Of a DNA stretch of 46,054 nucleotides, positions 45,413 through 46,054 are shown piece after piece (position 1 is the first letter of the stretch; each line of letters opens with the position of its first letter). The DNA comes from Escherichia virus ECH1. Both the position numbers and the translations under genes were made by a program. Below the pieces are notes generated by a model, which did no database searches, had not been told where the DNA came from, and saw nothing but the letters and a program-made list of their open reading frames with translations. The DNA lies in sequence record MN164484.2; one strand, given 5' to 3'.

Positions 45413-45592
45413 TCAAATAAATGGTAGGCATTCGACGCAGCCAAGTCCATCGCAGCACATGAATTCATCTTCTGACTGGAATTGCTTTGCTAAATCAATG
45501 TCTAGCCTTCCGCGCACCACAAGGTCGGTGTAATCTTCATTAAGCCCAATCAGTGCGCACTCGTTACGTAGCTCATCTTTATTCTTTTTCAT
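45413..45592 (-). CDS. hypothetical Cys-rich protein (59 aa)
   Basis: Manual translation; contains CCDGLGCVEC. Confidence 0.3.
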   Translation of the reverse strand: MKKNKDELRNECALIGLNEDYTDLVVRGRLDIDLAKQFQSEDEFMCCDGLGCVECLPFI

Positions 45593-45756
45593 TTATCCTG
45601 GCCTTTTAAATTATGACGCTCTCTCAGAACTTCAACCCATTCTTGCGCGTCATTCTCTCTCATGAAGAAACTTAACTTTGGGTACTTGTGAAACCCTTTA
45701 AGTTCAACTATCCAATGGCCACCTTCGTAACTATAACTAACTTTCTTCTCTGTCAT
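45589..45756 (-). CDS. hypothetical protein (55 aa)
   Basis: First ORF after the long leader from the minus-strand motif promoter at 45969-46014. Confidence 0.3.
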   Translation of the reverse strand: MTEKKVSYSYEGGHWIVELKGFHKYPKLSFFMRENDAQEWVEVLRERHNLKGQDK

Positions 45757-45968
45757 TTTGTTACCTTTTAAGTTTTTCTTGTTATCGACATCTCTTCAAC
45801 GTACTCGCTACAACTCGGGGTTTTACTCCCGGCCCGGCATCCTAACAAAAGGACCCGCTCGGCGCTTTGGTGGGTGAGGTAACGCTTCCTCACATTGCGC
45901 GGTATCATTTACCCTTTTTAGTCCCTTTCGGGAGTGACTCAGAGTCTGCTACCGTGTCGATGAAATGA

Positions 45969-46014
45969 AGTATACGCACATCGATTCAATATGTCTTTAG
46001 CCAAAAGTGCTATT
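45969..46014 (-). promoter_or_regulatory. conserved promoter-like cassette on the minus strand (AATAGCACTTTTGGCTAAA, 21 nt, TATACT)
   Basis: Read as reverse complement; followed by an untranslated leader of about 210 nt. Confidence 0.45.
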
Positions 46015-46054
46015 TATCAGATTACCCAGAACCACTGGTATCATAAAGGCATTA

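Noticed and set aside
1-46054. Lysogeny module (integrase, CI-like repressor) and Dam-type methyltransferase
   Set aside because: No ORF showed integrase catalytic-type motifs or a methyltransferase DPPY/FxGxG signature on reading; absence is not proven without profile searches

Overview
This window reads as a near genome-length segment of a virulent-looking siphovirus, probably T1-like (Drexlerviridae-like) by gene content and order; all calls are from reading the sequence and ORF translations, with no database search. Layout: an early region of small ORFs (528-3763) with a tRNA-Arg(TCT); a plus-strand structural operon (3877-24111) running terminase small and large subunits, portal, protease/scaffold, decoration-like protein, major capsid, head-tail joining genes, major tail, G/G-T chaperones with a canonical -1 slippery site, tape measure, and lambda-like M, L, K, I, J; a convergent minus-strand lipoprotein plus putative receptor-binding gene pair; a recombination module (PD-(D/E)XK exonuclease, Erf-like annealing protein, SSB); a minus-strand tailspike-like fiber, primase and HTH protein; helicase and VRR-NUC nuclease; a nucleotide-metabolism cluster (metallophosphoesterase, HAD phosphatase, P-loop kinase); a lysis cassette (holin, SAR endolysin, unimolecular spanin); and a minus-strand block ending in a large P-loop protein. 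No integrase, repressor, CRISPR array or DNA methylase was recognised. The most notable signal is a partially palindromic ~19-bp motif (AATAGCAC-N3-TTGCTAAA, core TAGCA-N5-TGCTA) present in about 19 copies on both strands, usually 21-22 nt upstream of a TATAGT-like -10 and a conserved CATCGAAACGAG leader; its geometry suggests activator-dependent promoters that drive early genes and three promoter-plus-terminator morons inside the structural operon. Other points: two paralogous morons (one needing a -1 shift at an A7 run), two HNH-AP2 homing-endonuclease paralogs (one frame-disrupted, inserted between tape measure and gpM), an SSB whose DDIPF tip is not C-terminal, and duplicated AT-rich/GTTAC-repeat blocks at the two divergent control regions.
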